A stretch of 64,000 nt of DNA, taken from NCBI GenBank assembly GCA_051878315.1, contig JBJEJW010000031.1, positions 933-64,932 on the forward strand, in the 5' to 3' direction. The number at the start of each line of letters is the position of its first letter. Within the stretch, counting starts at the first letter, position 1. The DNA comes from Paludibacteraceae bacterium. Lineage in GTDB: Bacteria > Bacteroidota > Bacteroidia > Bacteroidales > Paludibacteraceae. The position numbers and the translations under genes are program-made. A model generated the notes under the pieces. The model was not told where the DNA came from and searched no databases. It saw nothing but the letters and a program-made list of their open reading frames with translations. Of this stretch, positions 25,540 through 35,752 are shown one piece after another.

Positions 25540-28089
25540 GTGAAAAAACAGATTTATTCAGAGGAAGAAGCCAAGTTAGCCTCGACCGAATATTTCGGTG
25601 GCGACCAATTGGCTGCACAAGTGTGGGTCAACAAATATGCGTTGAAGGATTCTGAACAGCATCTTTTCGAACGCACGCCCGATGATATGCATCGGCGGTT
25701 GGCTGACGAGATTGCCCGTATCGAACAAAAATACCCGAACCCGATGACGAGCGACGAAATATTTGAGTTGTTGCGCAACTTCAAGTACATTGTGCCGGCC
25801 GGCAGTCCTATGACGGGTATAGGTAACAACTATCAGGTGTCGTCGTTGTCGAATTGCTTTGTTATCGGCATCGATGGTAATGCCGACTCGTATGGTGGTA
25901 TTATCAAACTTGACGAGGAACAAGTGCAGTTGATGAAACGCCGCGGTGGCGTGGGACACGATCTGTCGCAAATTCGTCCCGAAGGTTCGCCGGTTAAAAA
26001 TTCAGCACTGACATCGACCGGAATAGTGCCGTTTATGGAGCGCTATTCGAACTCGACACGCGAAGTGGCGCAGGGCGGCCGTCGTGGCGCTTTGATGTTG
26101 TCGGTATCGATAAAACATCCTGATTCCGAGAAATTTATTGATGCCAAATTGGAACAGGGTAAAATTACCGGTGCCAACATCTCGGTGAAAGTGGATGATG
26201 AATTTATGAACGCTGCCGAACATGGCGATATGTATCGTCAGCAATATCCTGTCGATTCGCCGAATCCGACGCATGTGAAAGACATCAATGCAGGCGATTT
26301 GTGGAAAAAAATTATTCATAATGCGTGGAAATCGGCCGAACCCGGCGTATTGTTTTGGGATACGATTTTGCGCGAATCGGTTCCCGATTGCTATGCCGAC
26401 CTTGGCTATCGTACCGTATCGACCAATCCGTGTGGCGAAATACCGCTTTGCCCTTACGACAGTTGCCGTTTGTTGGCTATCAATCTCTATTCGTATGTAA
26501 ACGAACCGTTTACGCAAAATGCGCATTTCGATTTCGATCTGTTTCGCGTGCATGTGCGTAAGGCACAGCGCATTATGGACGATATTATCGACCTCGAAAT
26601 GGAAAAAATACAAGGTATTTTGCACAAAATAGAGTCTGACCCCGAAGGCGACGACATTAAGCGTACGGAATTGGAACTGTGGCATAAAATCAGTGAAAAG
26701 ACATCGCAAGGACGCCGTACAGGTGTCGGCATCACAGCCGAAGGCGATATGTTGGCTGCCCTCGGTCTGCGTTATGGTACCGAAGAGGCGACCGCTTTTT
26801 CCGAAGAAGTACACAAAAACGTGGCCGTCGAAGCCTATCGTTCGTCGGTTATCATGGCTAAAGAACGTGGCGCATTCAAAGTGTACGATGCTAAACGCGA
26901 AGAAAATAACCCATTTGTCAAACGTTTGCGTTCCGTTGCTCCCGATATGTACGACGAAATGGTTAAATACGGACGTCGTAACATCGCGTGCCTGACCATA
27001 GCGCCAACAGGTACAACAAGTATAATGACGCAGACTACGTCGGGCATCGAACCTGTGTTTATGCCTGTATATAAACGTCGTCGAAAAGTCAATCCGAACG
27101 ATTTAGGCGTACGTGTCGATTTCGTAAACGAAGATGGCGATTCGTTTGAAGAATATACGGTGTTCCATCATCATTTTAAGACATGGATGGAAGTGAATGG
27201 CTACGATACGCATCGCGAATATACGCAAGACGAGATTGATGCTTTGGTAGCACAATCGCCTTACTACAAAGCTACGGCAAACGATGTCGATTGGCTGATG
27301 AAAGTGAAAATGCAGGGACGTATTCAAAAATGGGTCGATCATTCCATCTCGGTTACCATCAATTTGCCGGCCGATGTGTCGGAAGACCTTGTCAGTCAGC
27401 TCTATATGGAAGCATGGAAATCGGGCTGCAAAGGTGTAACAGTCTATCGCGAAGGATCGCGCGCAGGCGTATTGCTCAATGTTACCAAAAAAGAGAAAAA
27501 AGAGGACGAACCCAACAAACACTGCGTATGCTACACCGACGAGCATTTGGTGCGCCCGAAAGAGTTGAATTGCGACGTGGTGCGTTTCCAAAACAAAAAA
27601 GAAAAATGGATAGCGTTTGTCGGCCTCAAAAACGGACGTCCATACGAGATATTCACCGGATTGGCCGATGACGACGAGGGATTGTTCCTGCCCAAAACGG
27701 TTACGCAAGGTAAAATTATCAAGGTGGTGGACGACGATGGACACAAACACTACGACTTTCAATTTACTAACTCGCGTGGCTACAAAACAACCATCGAAGG
27801 CTTATCGCATAAATTCGACAAAGAGTATTGGAACTACGCCAAACTGATTTCCGGCGTGTTGCGTTACGGTATGCCTATCGGACAGGTTATCAAATTGGTG
27901 TCGGGATTGCAACTCGATAGCGAATCGATAAACACATGGAAAGCCGGTGTAGAGCGTGCTCTGAAAAAATATATGACCGACACCGATGTCAAAGAGATGG
28001 AGTGTCCCGAATGCCATCAACACTCGATAGTCGTGAAAGAAGGCTGTTTCGTTTGCTCGAACTGCGGCTATAGCAAATGCGGAGGTTAA
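25540..28089 (+). CDS. nrdJ: Adenosylcobalamin-dependent (class II) ribonucleotide reductase
   Basis: 849 aa with a GTG start. The N-terminal ...YFGGDQLAAQVWVNKYALKD is followed by the active-site region STNPCGEIPL and then IAPTGTTS. The C-terminal Cys-rich tail is CPECHQHSIVVKEGCFVCSNCGYSKCG. Confidence 0.88.
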   Translation: MKKQIYSEEEAKLASTEYFGGDQLAAQVWVNKYALKDSEQHLFERTPDDMHRRLADEIARIEQKYPNPMTSDEIFELLRNFKYIVPAGSPMTGIGNNYQVSSLSNCFVIGIDGNADSYGGIIKLDEEQVQLMKRRGGVGHDLSQIRPEGSPVKNSALTSTGIVPFMERYSNSTREVAQGGRRGALMLSVSIKHPDSEKFIDAKLEQGKITGANISVKVDDEFMNAAEHGDMYRQQYPVDSPNPTHVKDINAGDLWKKIIHNAWKSAEPGVLFWDTILRESVPDCYADLGYRTVSTNPCGEIPLCPYDSCRLLAINLYSYVNEPFTQNAHFDFDLFRVHVRKAQRIMDDIIDLEMEKIQGILHKIESDPEGDDIKRTELELWHKISEKTSQGRRTGVGITAEGDMLAALGLRYGTEEATAFSEEVHKNVAVEAYRSSVIMAKERGAFKVYDAKREENNPFVKRLRSVAPDMYDEMVKYGRRNIACLTIAPTGTTSIMTQTTSGIEPVFMPVYKRRRKVNPNDLGVRVDFVNEDGDSFEEYTVFHHHFKTWMEVNGYDTHREYTQDEIDALVAQSPYYKATANDVDWLMKVKMQGRIQKWVDHSISVTINLPADVSEDLVSQLYMEAWKSGCKGVTVYREGSRAGVLLNVTKKEKKEDEPNKHCVCYTDEHLVRPKELNCDVVRFQNKKEKWIAFVGLKNGRPYEIFTGLADDDEGLFLPKTVTQGKIIKVVDDDGHKHYDFQFTNSRGYKTTIEGLSHKFDKEYWNYAKLISGVLRYGMPIGQVIKLVSGLQLDSESINTWKAGVERALKKYMTDTDVKEMECPECHQHSIVVKEGCFVCSNCGYSKCGG

Positions 28090-28122
28090 TAATTGCAAGG
28101 TTACCAATAGGTAACTAATAGT

Positions 28123-28150
28123 ATTCGGGTGGCATTTGTGTCACCCGAAT
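28123..28150 (+). terminator. Intrinsic terminator after the RNR gene
   Basis: The stem is attcgggtg...cacccgaat, followed by gtgttttt. A second small hairpin, gttacc-aata-ggtaac, lies just upstream. Confidence 0.65.
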
Positions 28151-28212
28151 GTGTTTTTACCGATTGTTGTGTGATTTTTTATCACAAATGTGGCAGTTTG
28201 AAACATTTGATA

Positions 28213-28220
28213 TATATTTG
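28213..28220 (+). promoter_or_regulatory. -7 promoter box TATATTTG
   Basis: Lies 28 nt upstream of the ATG at 28249. Confidence 0.45.
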
Positions 28221-28248
28221 CAATCATTCTAACAAAAAAGAGTCGATT

Positions 28249-28809
28249 ATGAAGAAACGTTTATTCTTGTTTGCTGCAGTAGCGGTTTTGGCCGGCGCGG
28301 CACAGGCGCAACAGCCTTATAAACATGGTGTTGGCGGCATTGTTGGTACGCTCGAGGGATTTTCGTATAAAACGTTTTTTACGGAAAACGTCGCCTTGCA
28401 AGCCGATTTGGGCTTTACGTTCGGCACCACTCTTTACGATTCCTATGGCGACCGCATGGCTTTGTGGACATTCGAACTGAACCCGAATGCCATGTACGAG
28501 GGCTCGATTACCGGTTGGAATTGGGGTAGTCTGTGGTGGTTTGCCGGCGGTGGTGCAAGCCTTGGCTTGGCACGTCCGGTGTGGACTATCTTTGACAGAC
28601 TGAACTACGGCCCACTGCCATCGAGCGCTACACTTGGTAAGTTTGGTTTGAATGCCATCGGTGGTGTGGAACTCACTTGGGACGACATTCCGCTGACCGT
28701 ACAAGTCGATTTTCGTCCCGGTTACGGTTTGATATTCAAACGTAGCGGCGATGGCCATGCTTCTTACTTCGATTGGGGATTGACGGCCAGCGTGCGTTAT
28801 ACGTTCTGA
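28249..28809 (+). CDS. Small outer-membrane beta-barrel protein
   Basis: Start re-picked to MKKRLFLFAAVAVLAGAAQAQ (signal peptide). It ends ...LTASVRYTF. The overall design matches the 13914-14405 protein. Confidence 0.55.
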   Translation: MKKRLFLFAAVAVLAGAAQAQQPYKHGVGGIVGTLEGFSYKTFFTENVALQADLGFTFGTTLYDSYGDRMALWTFELNPNAMYEGSITGWNWGSLWWFAGGGASLGLARPVWTIFDRLNYGPLPSSATLGKFGLNAIGGVELTWDDIPLTVQVDFRPGYGLIFKRSGDGHASYFDWGLTASVRYTF

Positions 28810-28833
28810 ATGGAGCGCTTGCATACGGTGAAT

Positions 28834-28866
28834 AAAAAAAACGACCTTTTGTGGGTCGTTTTTTGT
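28834..28866. terminator. Bidirectional intrinsic terminator between convergent genes
   Basis: The sequence is aaaaaaaacgacc-ttttgtg-ggtcgtttttt. Confidence 0.7.
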
Positions 28867-28885
28867 TTTTTGTTATTCGATATGG

Positions 28886-29674
28886 TTACGATTCACGACA
28901 TTTAACCACCGTTATGTGGTAACACTTGTTGCGTTTTTCGTTGACAATAAGCAGCCGACATTCGCTGCGTAATTCGCGCAATGTTTCGGTAAGTAATTGT
29001 TCCAATTCTTTATCTTGTACGCCGAACCCAAACCGTTTGTAATTGCTGTACGAAATATCGAAAGTGGTGCCGTAGTAGTGTGCCGATTCGTTGTGAGTGG
29101 CTTGTTGATTACTATGGCGTAGTTCTTCTTGCGACTCTTCGGTGCGCAGTAGCGACGACACAACAAACTTGTATTTTGGCAAATTGTGTTCGCGCAATTT
29201 GGCATGAAAACGCATACCTATCTCTTGTAACAGATTGGCGGCTTCGGGGGTGAGGTATGGGTGCGAGTGTGTAAGGCGTGGAATGTGATAATATTTGTTG
29301 CTTGTTATTTTGACCAATTTGCCGTCTTGTTGTAGGGATTCAATGGTGTTGAATAGTTCCTTGTTGGTCTTTATGGGTTTCTTCAAACCGTTCTTGCGAG
29401 CGTGTTTCAGATGTATTTCGTTGAAATCGTTGAATGTCTTTTTCGACGAGATAGAGGCAGTGGCATTCCGGCAAAAATTGCAGGTGGTTGTTACCTCGCT
29501 GATGGCGTTTTTGGAGAGATAATTATCAACTTCGATGCCTACAATGATGAGGATGGTGATGGCTACGCCAATGAGCAAATAGGGCAGTATCGGCGTATCC
29601 TTAATTTTTTTAGTTGATTTCGATTTGCGTTTGCGTGTTGTCTTTTTTGTTTGTGTCATAGTTATGTGCGGCAT
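28886..29674 (-). CDS. Membrane-anchored M15/VanY-like peptidase-fold protein (DUF5715-like; name from memory)
   Basis: 262 aa. It has a very basic N-terminus, then one TM helix (ILPYLLIGVAITILIIVGI). SAHYYGTTFD fits the SxHxxGxAxD motif of VanY/M15B D,D-carboxypeptidases, with T at the A position. Confidence 0.45.
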   Translation of the reverse strand: MPHITMTQTKKTTRKRKSKSTKKIKDTPILPYLLIGVAITILIIVGIEVDNYLSKNAISEVTTTCNFCRNATASISSKKTFNDFNEIHLKHARKNGLKKPIKTNKELFNTIESLQQDGKLVKITSNKYYHIPRLTHSHPYLTPEAANLLQEIGMRFHAKLREHNLPKYKFVVSSLLRTEESQEELRHSNQQATHNESAHYYGTTFDISYSNYKRFGFGVQDKELEQLLTETLRELRSECRLLIVNEKRNKCYHITVVKCRES

Positions 29675-29728
29675 ACAGAAAGGTCGCAGGGCGTAAACAT
29701 GTTACACACTGCGACCATTGTTGTATTA

Positions 29729-31084
29729 TTATAGGAAAATAAGTTGTATGATGATGTATAGCGGCAACAGAATGATCAGTGAGAATTTCAGCATATATCC
29801 AAAAAAACTCGGCATTTTGATACCGCTTTCCTCGGCAATGGCTTTTACCATAAAGTTCGGACCATTGCCGATATATGTCATTGCACCGAAGAAAACGGCG
29901 CCGATGGAGATGGCTTTGAGCAATACTTCCGAGATGCCTGCTACGAAAGTTGTGCCGTTGAATGTGCCGTTGCCAAGAGTTAATACGCCGGCAGCAGTGG
30001 CTTCCAGCGACTCTTTCATGCCGCTGGCTACGCCGTGGAATGCAACTGCGGTCGGGGTGTTGTCGAGGAACGAACTGAGCAAGCCGGTCGAGTAATAGAA
30101 TTGCCACGGGGTGTTTAGTCCTAAATCGGCAGCATGGGCTTTTAGGTAAGCAAGTGCCGGTGTCATGGTCGTGAAGATGCCGAGAAACAACACGGCTACT
30201 TCCATGATTGGCGTCCATGTAAATTTGTTCAGATTGTAACGCACTTCTTTTTTGGTGGTGTAAAGCGATAATCCTGCCAACGATAACAATACGATTTCGC
30301 GTAAAAATTTCAGCCAAATGGGAGCGTCAGGTTCGCCCATTTGCGGTATGGTGCCTTCGTTGATGAATGCAACGGACAAGATGACGCCTATCAGATATAC
30401 GAAATTGATAGTGCCTCTCAAACGCAATTTTTCATATTCCAAAGCATCGTCGGCAAGGCTTGTCCAATCCTCTTTTGCATAATAATGGCGATCGACAAAG
30501 TAATAGAGTGTCAGCAAAATGGCTCCTGTCAATGCCCATTCGGGCAACATGTTCAAAAACCATGTGAACGGTGCGCCACGCAAAAACAGCATAAACAACG
30601 GAGGGTCGCCAAGCGGGGTGAGTAGTCCGCCGCAGTTGGCTACCAATGCAATGAAAAACAAGATAGTGTGTACCGTATATTTGCGTTGCTGATTGGTGGT
30701 AATGATGGGGCGGATGAGCAACATGGCTGCTCCGGTAGTACCCATTAGCGAGGCTAATATGTAGCCGATACCGAGAAATAGTGTGTTGACTGAAGGTTTT
30801 GCCTTGATGTCGCCACTCAAATGAATGCCGCCGGTGATGACAAATAAGGCTAATAACAGCACGATGAATGGCACATAATCAAAGATAACTTGGTGTTCCA
30901 ATTCGTGTGTCATGCCACCCAGAATCAAGCAGACAGCAGTGGGTACACCCAAAAATAGTGATACGATGAGTTTGTTGATGTTTGATTCCCACCATTTTTC
31001 CGCAATCAGCGGTCCGATGGCAATCATCAGTAACATGATGCCGAATGGTATCAGCGACCATGCGGAATGAACAAATGTTTCCAT
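29729..31084 (-). CDS. Polytopic ion transporter, ArsB/NhaD-superfamily (sodium:proton antiporter-like)
   Basis: Start re-picked to METFVHSAWSLIPFGIMLLMIAIGPL. About 451 aa and hydrophobic throughout. Confidence 0.7.
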   Translation of the reverse strand: METFVHSAWSLIPFGIMLLMIAIGPLIAEKWWESNINKLIVSLFLGVPTAVCLILGGMTHELEHQVIFDYVPFIVLLLALFVITGGIHLSGDIKAKPSVNTLFLGIGYILASLMGTTGAAMLLIRPIITTNQQRKYTVHTILFFIALVANCGGLLTPLGDPPLFMLFLRGAPFTWFLNMLPEWALTGAILLTLYYFVDRHYYAKEDWTSLADDALEYEKLRLRGTINFVYLIGVILSVAFINEGTIPQMGEPDAPIWLKFLREIVLLSLAGLSLYTTKKEVRYNLNKFTWTPIMEVAVLFLGIFTTMTPALAYLKAHAADLGLNTPWQFYYSTGLLSSFLDNTPTAVAFHGVASGMKESLEATAAGVLTLGNGTFNGTTFVAGISEVLLKAISIGAVFFGAMTYIGNGPNFMVKAIAEESGIKMPSFFGYMLKFSLIILLPLYIIIQLIFL

Positions 31085-31127
31085 AGTAATAGTAAGTGTG
31101 TGATATTTAGGTTTGTAAATTGATGTG

Positions 31128-31135
31128 CAAAAGTA
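31128..31135 (-). promoter_or_regulatory. -7 promoter box TACTTTTG
   Basis: The plus strand reads caaaagta. The box lies 43 nt upstream of the ATG at 31084. Confidence 0.4.
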
Positions 31136-31269
31136 GTGCATTTTTGCCAAATAGGCAAATGCTGACACGAAAAAAATTGCTTCAATTTATCAAGGAAAGT
31201 AAGGCGTATGTTACGATAATACATGCGCGATACGATTGCCTTATACTAAGCAGTGATATGGATAACACC

Positions 31270-31428
31270 TTAATTCAGAATAGATTGCAAGAGGGTACCG
31301 TCGGTCAACTGCTCGACATGGTAAGCGGATGCAAAGGCCAGAATGGCGTTCAGTGTCTGCTGTCGCGGCTGCAAATGCTTTTGTGTGTGAATGTGCGAAT
31401 CGGGAGAAGAGGTAATTTCTTTAGTCAT
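31270..31428 (-). CDS. Possible small protein (52 aa), unknown function
   Basis: My own translation gives MTKEITSSPDSHIHTQKHLQPRQQTLNAILAFASAYHVEQLTDGTLLQSILN. It is below the ORF-track cutoff. It sits in an otherwise unexplained 375-nt gap between the transporter gene and tRNA-Val. Confidence 0.3.
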   Translation of the reverse strand: MTKEITSSPDSHIHTQKHLQPRQQTLNAILAFASAYHVEQLTDGTLLQSILN

Positions 31429-31500
31429 AGGCGTTATGTTAAGTGTTTGTATTCATATAACGCCGTTTGTTGCATTTTATTGCATGTGTTGATGTTTTTG

Positions 31501-31529
31501 TATATAAAAAAAGAACTTACGATGTAAGT
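31501..31529 (-). terminator. Weak hairpin plus U-run downstream of tRNA-Val
   Basis: The hairpin is acttac-gat-gtaagt. On the minus strand it is followed by ttcttttttt. Confidence 0.4.
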
Positions 31530-31543
31530 CCTTGTCTTTTTCG

Positions 31544-31618
31544 TGGGCGCTGAGGGATTCGAACCCCCGACCCTCTGCTTGTAAGGCAGATGCTCTGAAC
31601 CAGCTGAGCTAAGCGCCC
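31544..31618 (-). tRNA. tRNA-Val (anticodon TAC)
   Basis: The reverse complement is GGGCGCTTAGCTCAGCTGGTTCAGAGCATCTGCCTTACAAGCAGAGGGTCGGGGGTTCGAATCCCTCAGCGCCCA. It folds as a cloverleaf with anticodon loop CTTACAA and T-loop GGTTCGAATCC. No CCA is encoded. Confidence 0.93.
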
Positions 31619-31716
31619 AATTCGTTTCTGAATTGCGATGCAAAGGTACTGCTTTTTTTGTTACCGACCAAATTTTTCATTCATTTTTTTTGATAAAAAT
31701 CGCAATCGTTTGGTTT

Positions 31717-32742
31717 TCAGTCCCATTCGAGTATTACTTTGCCGCATAAACCGCTTTCCATTACGTCGAAACCTTGTTGAAAATCGTCAATTTTGAAGCG
31801 GTGGGTGATGACGGGAGTCAAATCGAGCCCCGAAAGTAACATTTGTCGCATTTTGTACCATGTTTCCCACATTTGTCGGCCATAGATACCTTTGATGGTC
31901 AAAGCGTTGAAGATGATTTCGCTCCATTCAACGGTTGTTGATGGTGGCAGAATGCCGAGTTGTGCAATGTTGGAACCTTTGTACATAGAGTCAATCATTT
32001 CGCGGAAAGCGGCCGGAGACCCCGACATTTCGAGTCCGACATCGAATCCTTTGATGCCTAATTGCTGCATTGCCCATTTGACGGATTCGCCTTTGCTCGG
32101 ATTGACACATAGCGTAGCACCCATGCGGCGTGCTATGTCGAGCCGATAGTCGCTCAAGTCGGTTACGACAACATGACGTGCGCCGGCAAATCGGCAGATG
32201 CCCGTCGCCATGGTGCCAATGAGGCCGGCACCGGTTATCAGTATGTCTTCGCCCAAAATAGGGAAAGCCAATGCGGTGTGTGTGGCGTTACCGAAAGGAT
32301 CCATGATGGCGGCAATGTCGTCGGGAATATTGTCGTCGAGTTTGACGACATTGCTTTCGGGGATGCTGAGGTATTCTGCAAAAGCACCGTTGCGCGTTAC
32401 GCCTACGCTGACCGAATTTTCGCAAACGTGCAGTTTGCCGCGGCGACAGTTGCGACAGTGTCCGCAGGCTATGTGTCCTTCGCCGGTAACGCGGTCGCCG
32501 ATTGCCACATTACGTACACCGGCTCCGACGGCAACGACGGTGCCAACGTATTCGTGGCCGATGACTAACGGAGTCGGAGTGTTTTTTTGCGAAAATTCGT
32601 CCCATTTATAGATGTGTAGGTCGGTGCCACAAATGGCAGTTTTGCGAATTTTGATGAGGACATCATTGATACCGATTTCGGGTGTCGGAACGTCGTCCAT
32701 CCAAATACCGCGTTCGGGGTACTTTTTGACAAGTGCTTTCAT
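31717..32742 (-). CDS. tdh: L-threonine 3-dehydrogenase
   Basis: 341 aa zinc-type alcohol dehydrogenase. It shows [15 protein letters not shown], the structural-zinc cluster [15 protein letters not shown], and the Tdh-typical ends (MKALVK...GKVILEWD). Confidence 0.9.
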   Translation of the reverse strand: MKALVKKYPERGIWMDDVPTPEIGINDVLIKIRKTAICGTDLHIYKWDEFSQKNTPTPLVIGHEYVGTVVAVGAGVRNVAIGDRVTGEGHIACGHCRNCRRGKLHVCENSVSVGVTRNGAFAEYLSIPESNVVKLDDNIPDDIAAIMDPFGNATHTALAFPILGEDILITGAGLIGTMATGICRFAGARHVVVTDLSDYRLDIARRMGATLCVNPSKGESVKWAMQQLGIKGFDVGLEMSGSPAAFREMIDSMYKGSNIAQLGILPPSTTVEWSEIIFNALTIKGIYGRQMWETWYKMRQMLLSGLDLTPVITHRFKIDDFQQGFDVMESGLCGKVILEWD

Positions 32743-32881
32743 GGTTATATATATTCAATGGATTGATGTGGCAAATTTAGACATTTATTTTGAATGTGTA
32801 ACCGGAATGACAATTTTTTTTGTCGAAAAATAGTTGTGTATGTGTCGTTTCTTTTGTAATTTAGCACTCTCAAAAATAACA

Positions 32882-35695
32882 ATGGATATGACAACGTTTT
32901 TGCGTCAGATAGCGGCGCGTTATTATGCAGAGTATGGTTGCCGTATGGAGTCGGTGGCGTTTGTGTTTCCCAATCGGCGGGCGGGCGTTTTTTTTCGTCA
33001 GGCATTGGCGGCGGTTGCGTCGAAACCGATGTTTGCACCCGATATATTGGCGATTAACGATTTGTTTTTGCGCGAATCGTCGTTGGTACAGGCCGATAAA
33101 GTAACTTTGTTGTTTTGCTTGTATAAGACTTATAGTAGGGTGATGCCGGCGCCGGAAACGTTTGATCGTTTTGTGTTTTTGGGTGAGATGCTGTTGGCCG
33201 ATTTCAACGACATCGATAAATATATGGCTGATGCGCGGCAAGTGTTTCAGAATATTGGCGACCTCAAGGCTATTGAGCATGACATGAGTTGGCTGGATGA
33301 CGAACAGAAAGCGATTGTCAGTCGGTTTTGGAATGTATTGTTGAACAATCGCAAAGACGGTAAAGTGTTCGAACAGCAATTCTCTAATATTTGGGGCAAA
33401 TTGTTCGAAATTTATACTCAGTTCAAAGCCGATTTGCGCAGTCGTGGTATTGGTTATGACGGTATGATTTTTCGCGATGTGGCCGAAAATACGGCAGATT
33501 TGCATTTGGATTACACGCGTGTCGTATTTGTGGGTTTCAATGCGCTGACGGCGACTGAAATGAGTTTGTTTCGCAAATGTCAGCAGCAGGGTATAGGCGA
33601 TTATTATTTTGACTACCAGTCGCCCGAAATTACGAAAGCCGGCAATGTGGCAGGGCAATTTGTCAAAGAAAACGGACAATTTCGTTCACTATTTGAACTC
33701 GACGCCCCGCAAGAACCCGCTGAACGCCATATAGAACTGATCGCCACGCCGTCCGACATCGGACAAACCAAACAAGTGTACCGTATTTTAGATGAATTGC
33801 AGCGCGAAAATTCTGAAAATACCAATTTGCGAACGGTTGTGGTGTTGCCTAACGAACGCTTGTTGGTCCCGATGCTGTATGCCATACCCGATGCGATAGC
33901 GACGGTTAATGTTACGATGGGATACCCATTGTCATTGACACCGATAGCAACCTTGATGGAACAACTCATTATTCTGCAACGTAATAAACGAGGGCATGGA
34001 GGAGAAACGTTGTTTTATCATAAACATGTGTTGGCCATATTGAATCATCCTTATGTGTGCCAGCAGCAGCCGGTTGCTGTTCGTAATTTGGTAAAGCGCA
34101 TTACAGCCGAAAATCTTTTTTTGATTTCGCCCACAGTGTTCGAACAAACCGGCGAGTTGTTGAACGTGTTATTTCGTCCGGTGGCCGATACGCCTGATTG
34201 CTTGAACTATTTTGCCGAAGTTATTGATACTTTAGCACCGCAAGTCGATGCGCTCGACCGTGAATTTTGCGACGGCTATAGGGCTGCTGTCAACTGTATC
34301 AACGATAATATGCAACAACTCGGACAAGACATTGCATTGCCGACTCTGTATCGTCTGTTGCAGCAACTCATTGCCGGTCAGACAGTTGCTTTCCGAGGTG
34401 AACCCGTCGAGGGTTTACAAGTGATGGGTACACTCGAAACGCGTGCGTTGGATTTTGAGAATGTCATCATCACATCGTTCAACGAAGATATATTCCCCCG
34501 TCAAAATCATACGCCCTCGATTATTCCTTATAGTTTGCGGCGTGTGTTCGGTTTGCCGACTTATGAATATCACGATGCTATTTTTGCATACAACTTTTAT
34601 CGTTTGATTTATAGAGCGCGGCGTGTGTATTTGATTTACGATTCGCGCACCGATGGGCAACATGGCGAGGTCAGTCGGTATGCGGCACAATTGGAATATT
34701 TATTGCGTGTGCCGTTGACAAAAAAAATGGTTGGATACAATATCGAGTATCCGGATCGAGTGCGTGGGGAAGTGCTAAAAACCGGCGAAGTAGTTGCGCG
34801 TTTGCAGGCGTATTGTAAGCCGCAATCGGGCAAAGCCGTGTCGGCCAGCGATATCAATGCCTATCTTGATTGCCCGATGCGCTTTTATTATTCCAAAGTA
34901 GAGGAACTTGGTGAACCTGACGAAGTATCGGAAACGATAGAGGCCAATACGTTCGGTTCCATCTATCATAAAGTGATGGAGTTGCTCTATAAACCCTACG
35001 AGAACAAAAAAGTAACGCACGAGGTGCTTGATAATATGTTAAACGATACATCTCAGATTGATAATTGTTTGAATAACGCTTTTGCAGAAATATTTTACAA
35101 GAAAAGCACGAAAATGCCGTTGTTCGGTCAAAACTTGTTGGTGGCTCATGTTATCGAAACTTATGTTAAACAGACACTGCAATTCGACCGCGATGTGCGC
35201 GCACCATTTGTTTATCGTTGTTCCGAACAACTCGTCAACGATGTTTCATTGCACTTACAAAATGGTTTGTCGGTGAATCTGAAAGGCATAATCGACCGTG
35301 TGGACGAAAAAGATGGCATAGTACATATTGCCGATTATAAAACGGGTAGTTTTGTGGATGATTTTGAAACGATAGAGCAACTGTTTGATACTACTGAAAA
35401 GGAACGTCCGAAGGCTATTTTGCAACTGTTTTTCTATACATTGCTTTATCGATTGAAGACCAATCAATCACATGTCAAGCCGATTTTGTATGCGCTACGT
35501 TCGGCTTCTCGCAATATCGCTATTACATGTCAGAAGGCCGAAGTACAAGATGCCGATAATTATTACGAAGAGTTTCGTACGGCTTTAGATGCATGTCTGA
35601 CCGAAATATTTGATGTTACAGTGCCATTTCGTCAGACGGAACAGACAAATAGATGTTCTTATTGCAGCTTTAAGCAAATTTGTAACCGTAGTTGA
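32882..35695 (+). CDS. AddB-like PD-(D/E)XK nuclease family protein with a C-terminal Fe-S-type cysteine set
   Basis: Start re-picked to MDMTTFLRQ, about 937 aa. The C-terminal nuclease motifs are GIIDRVDEKDGIVHIADYKTG and QLFFYTLLY. The cysteines are YLDCPMRFYY plus CSYCSFKQIC. Confidence 0.72.
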   Translation: MDMTTFLRQIAARYYAEYGCRMESVAFVFPNRRAGVFFRQALAAVASKPMFAPDILAINDLFLRESSLVQADKVTLLFCLYKTYSRVMPAPETFDRFVFLGEMLLADFNDIDKYMADARQVFQNIGDLKAIEHDMSWLDDEQKAIVSRFWNVLLNNRKDGKVFEQQFSNIWGKLFEIYTQFKADLRSRGIGYDGMIFRDVAENTADLHLDYTRVVFVGFNALTATEMSLFRKCQQQGIGDYYFDYQSPEITKAGNVAGQFVKENGQFRSLFELDAPQEPAERHIELIATPSDIGQTKQVYRILDELQRENSENTNLRTVVVLPNERLLVPMLYAIPDAIATVNVTMGYPLSLTPIATLMEQLIILQRNKRGHGGETLFYHKHVLAILNHPYVCQQQPVAVRNLVKRITAENLFLISPTVFEQTGELLNVLFRPVADTPDCLNYFAEVIDTLAPQVDALDREFCDGYRAAVNCINDNMQQLGQDIALPTLYRLLQQLIAGQTVAFRGEPVEGLQVMGTLETRALDFENVIITSFNEDIFPRQNHTPSIIPYSLRRVFGLPTYEYHDAIFAYNFYRLIYRARRVYLIYDSRTDGQHGEVSRYAAQLEYLLRVPLTKKMVGYNIEYPDRVRGEVLKTGEVVARLQAYCKPQSGKAVSASDINAYLDCPMRFYYSKVEELGEPDEVSETIEANTFGSIYHKVMELLYKPYENKKVTHEVLDNMLNDTSQIDNCLNNAFAEIFYKKSTKMPLFGQNLLVAHVIETYVKQTLQFDRDVRAPFVYRCSEQLVNDVSLHLQNGLSVNLKGIIDRVDEKDGIVHIADYKTGSFVDDFETIEQLFDTTEKERPKAILQLFFYTLLYRLKTNQSHVKPILYALRSASRNIAITCQKAEVQDADNYYEEFRTALDACLTEIFDVTVPFRQTEQTNRCSYCSFKQICNRS

Positions 35696-35713
35696 TTTTC
35701 AAAAAATAAATAG

Positions 35714-35721
35714 TAAATTTG
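35714..35721 (+). promoter_or_regulatory. -7 promoter box TAAATTTG
   Basis: Lies 31 nt upstream of the pepT ATG at 35753. Confidence 0.45.
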
Positions 35722-35752
35722 CAATTTGAAAAATAAAACATTAAAGAATCGT

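Noticed and set aside
31120-31527. A 135-aa plus-strand ORF in the gap next to tRNA-Val.
   Set aside because: It has no motifs. It runs through the transporter promoter region and into the tRNA terminator. The composition looks non-coding. The short minus-strand ORF is a slightly better, still weak, explanation for this gap.
31544-31618. A genomic island integrated at tRNA-Val, and likewise at tRNA-Ser (59373-59460).
   Set aside because: I saw no second copy of either tRNA 3' end anywhere in the window. There is no integrase, and the flanking genes are housekeeping.
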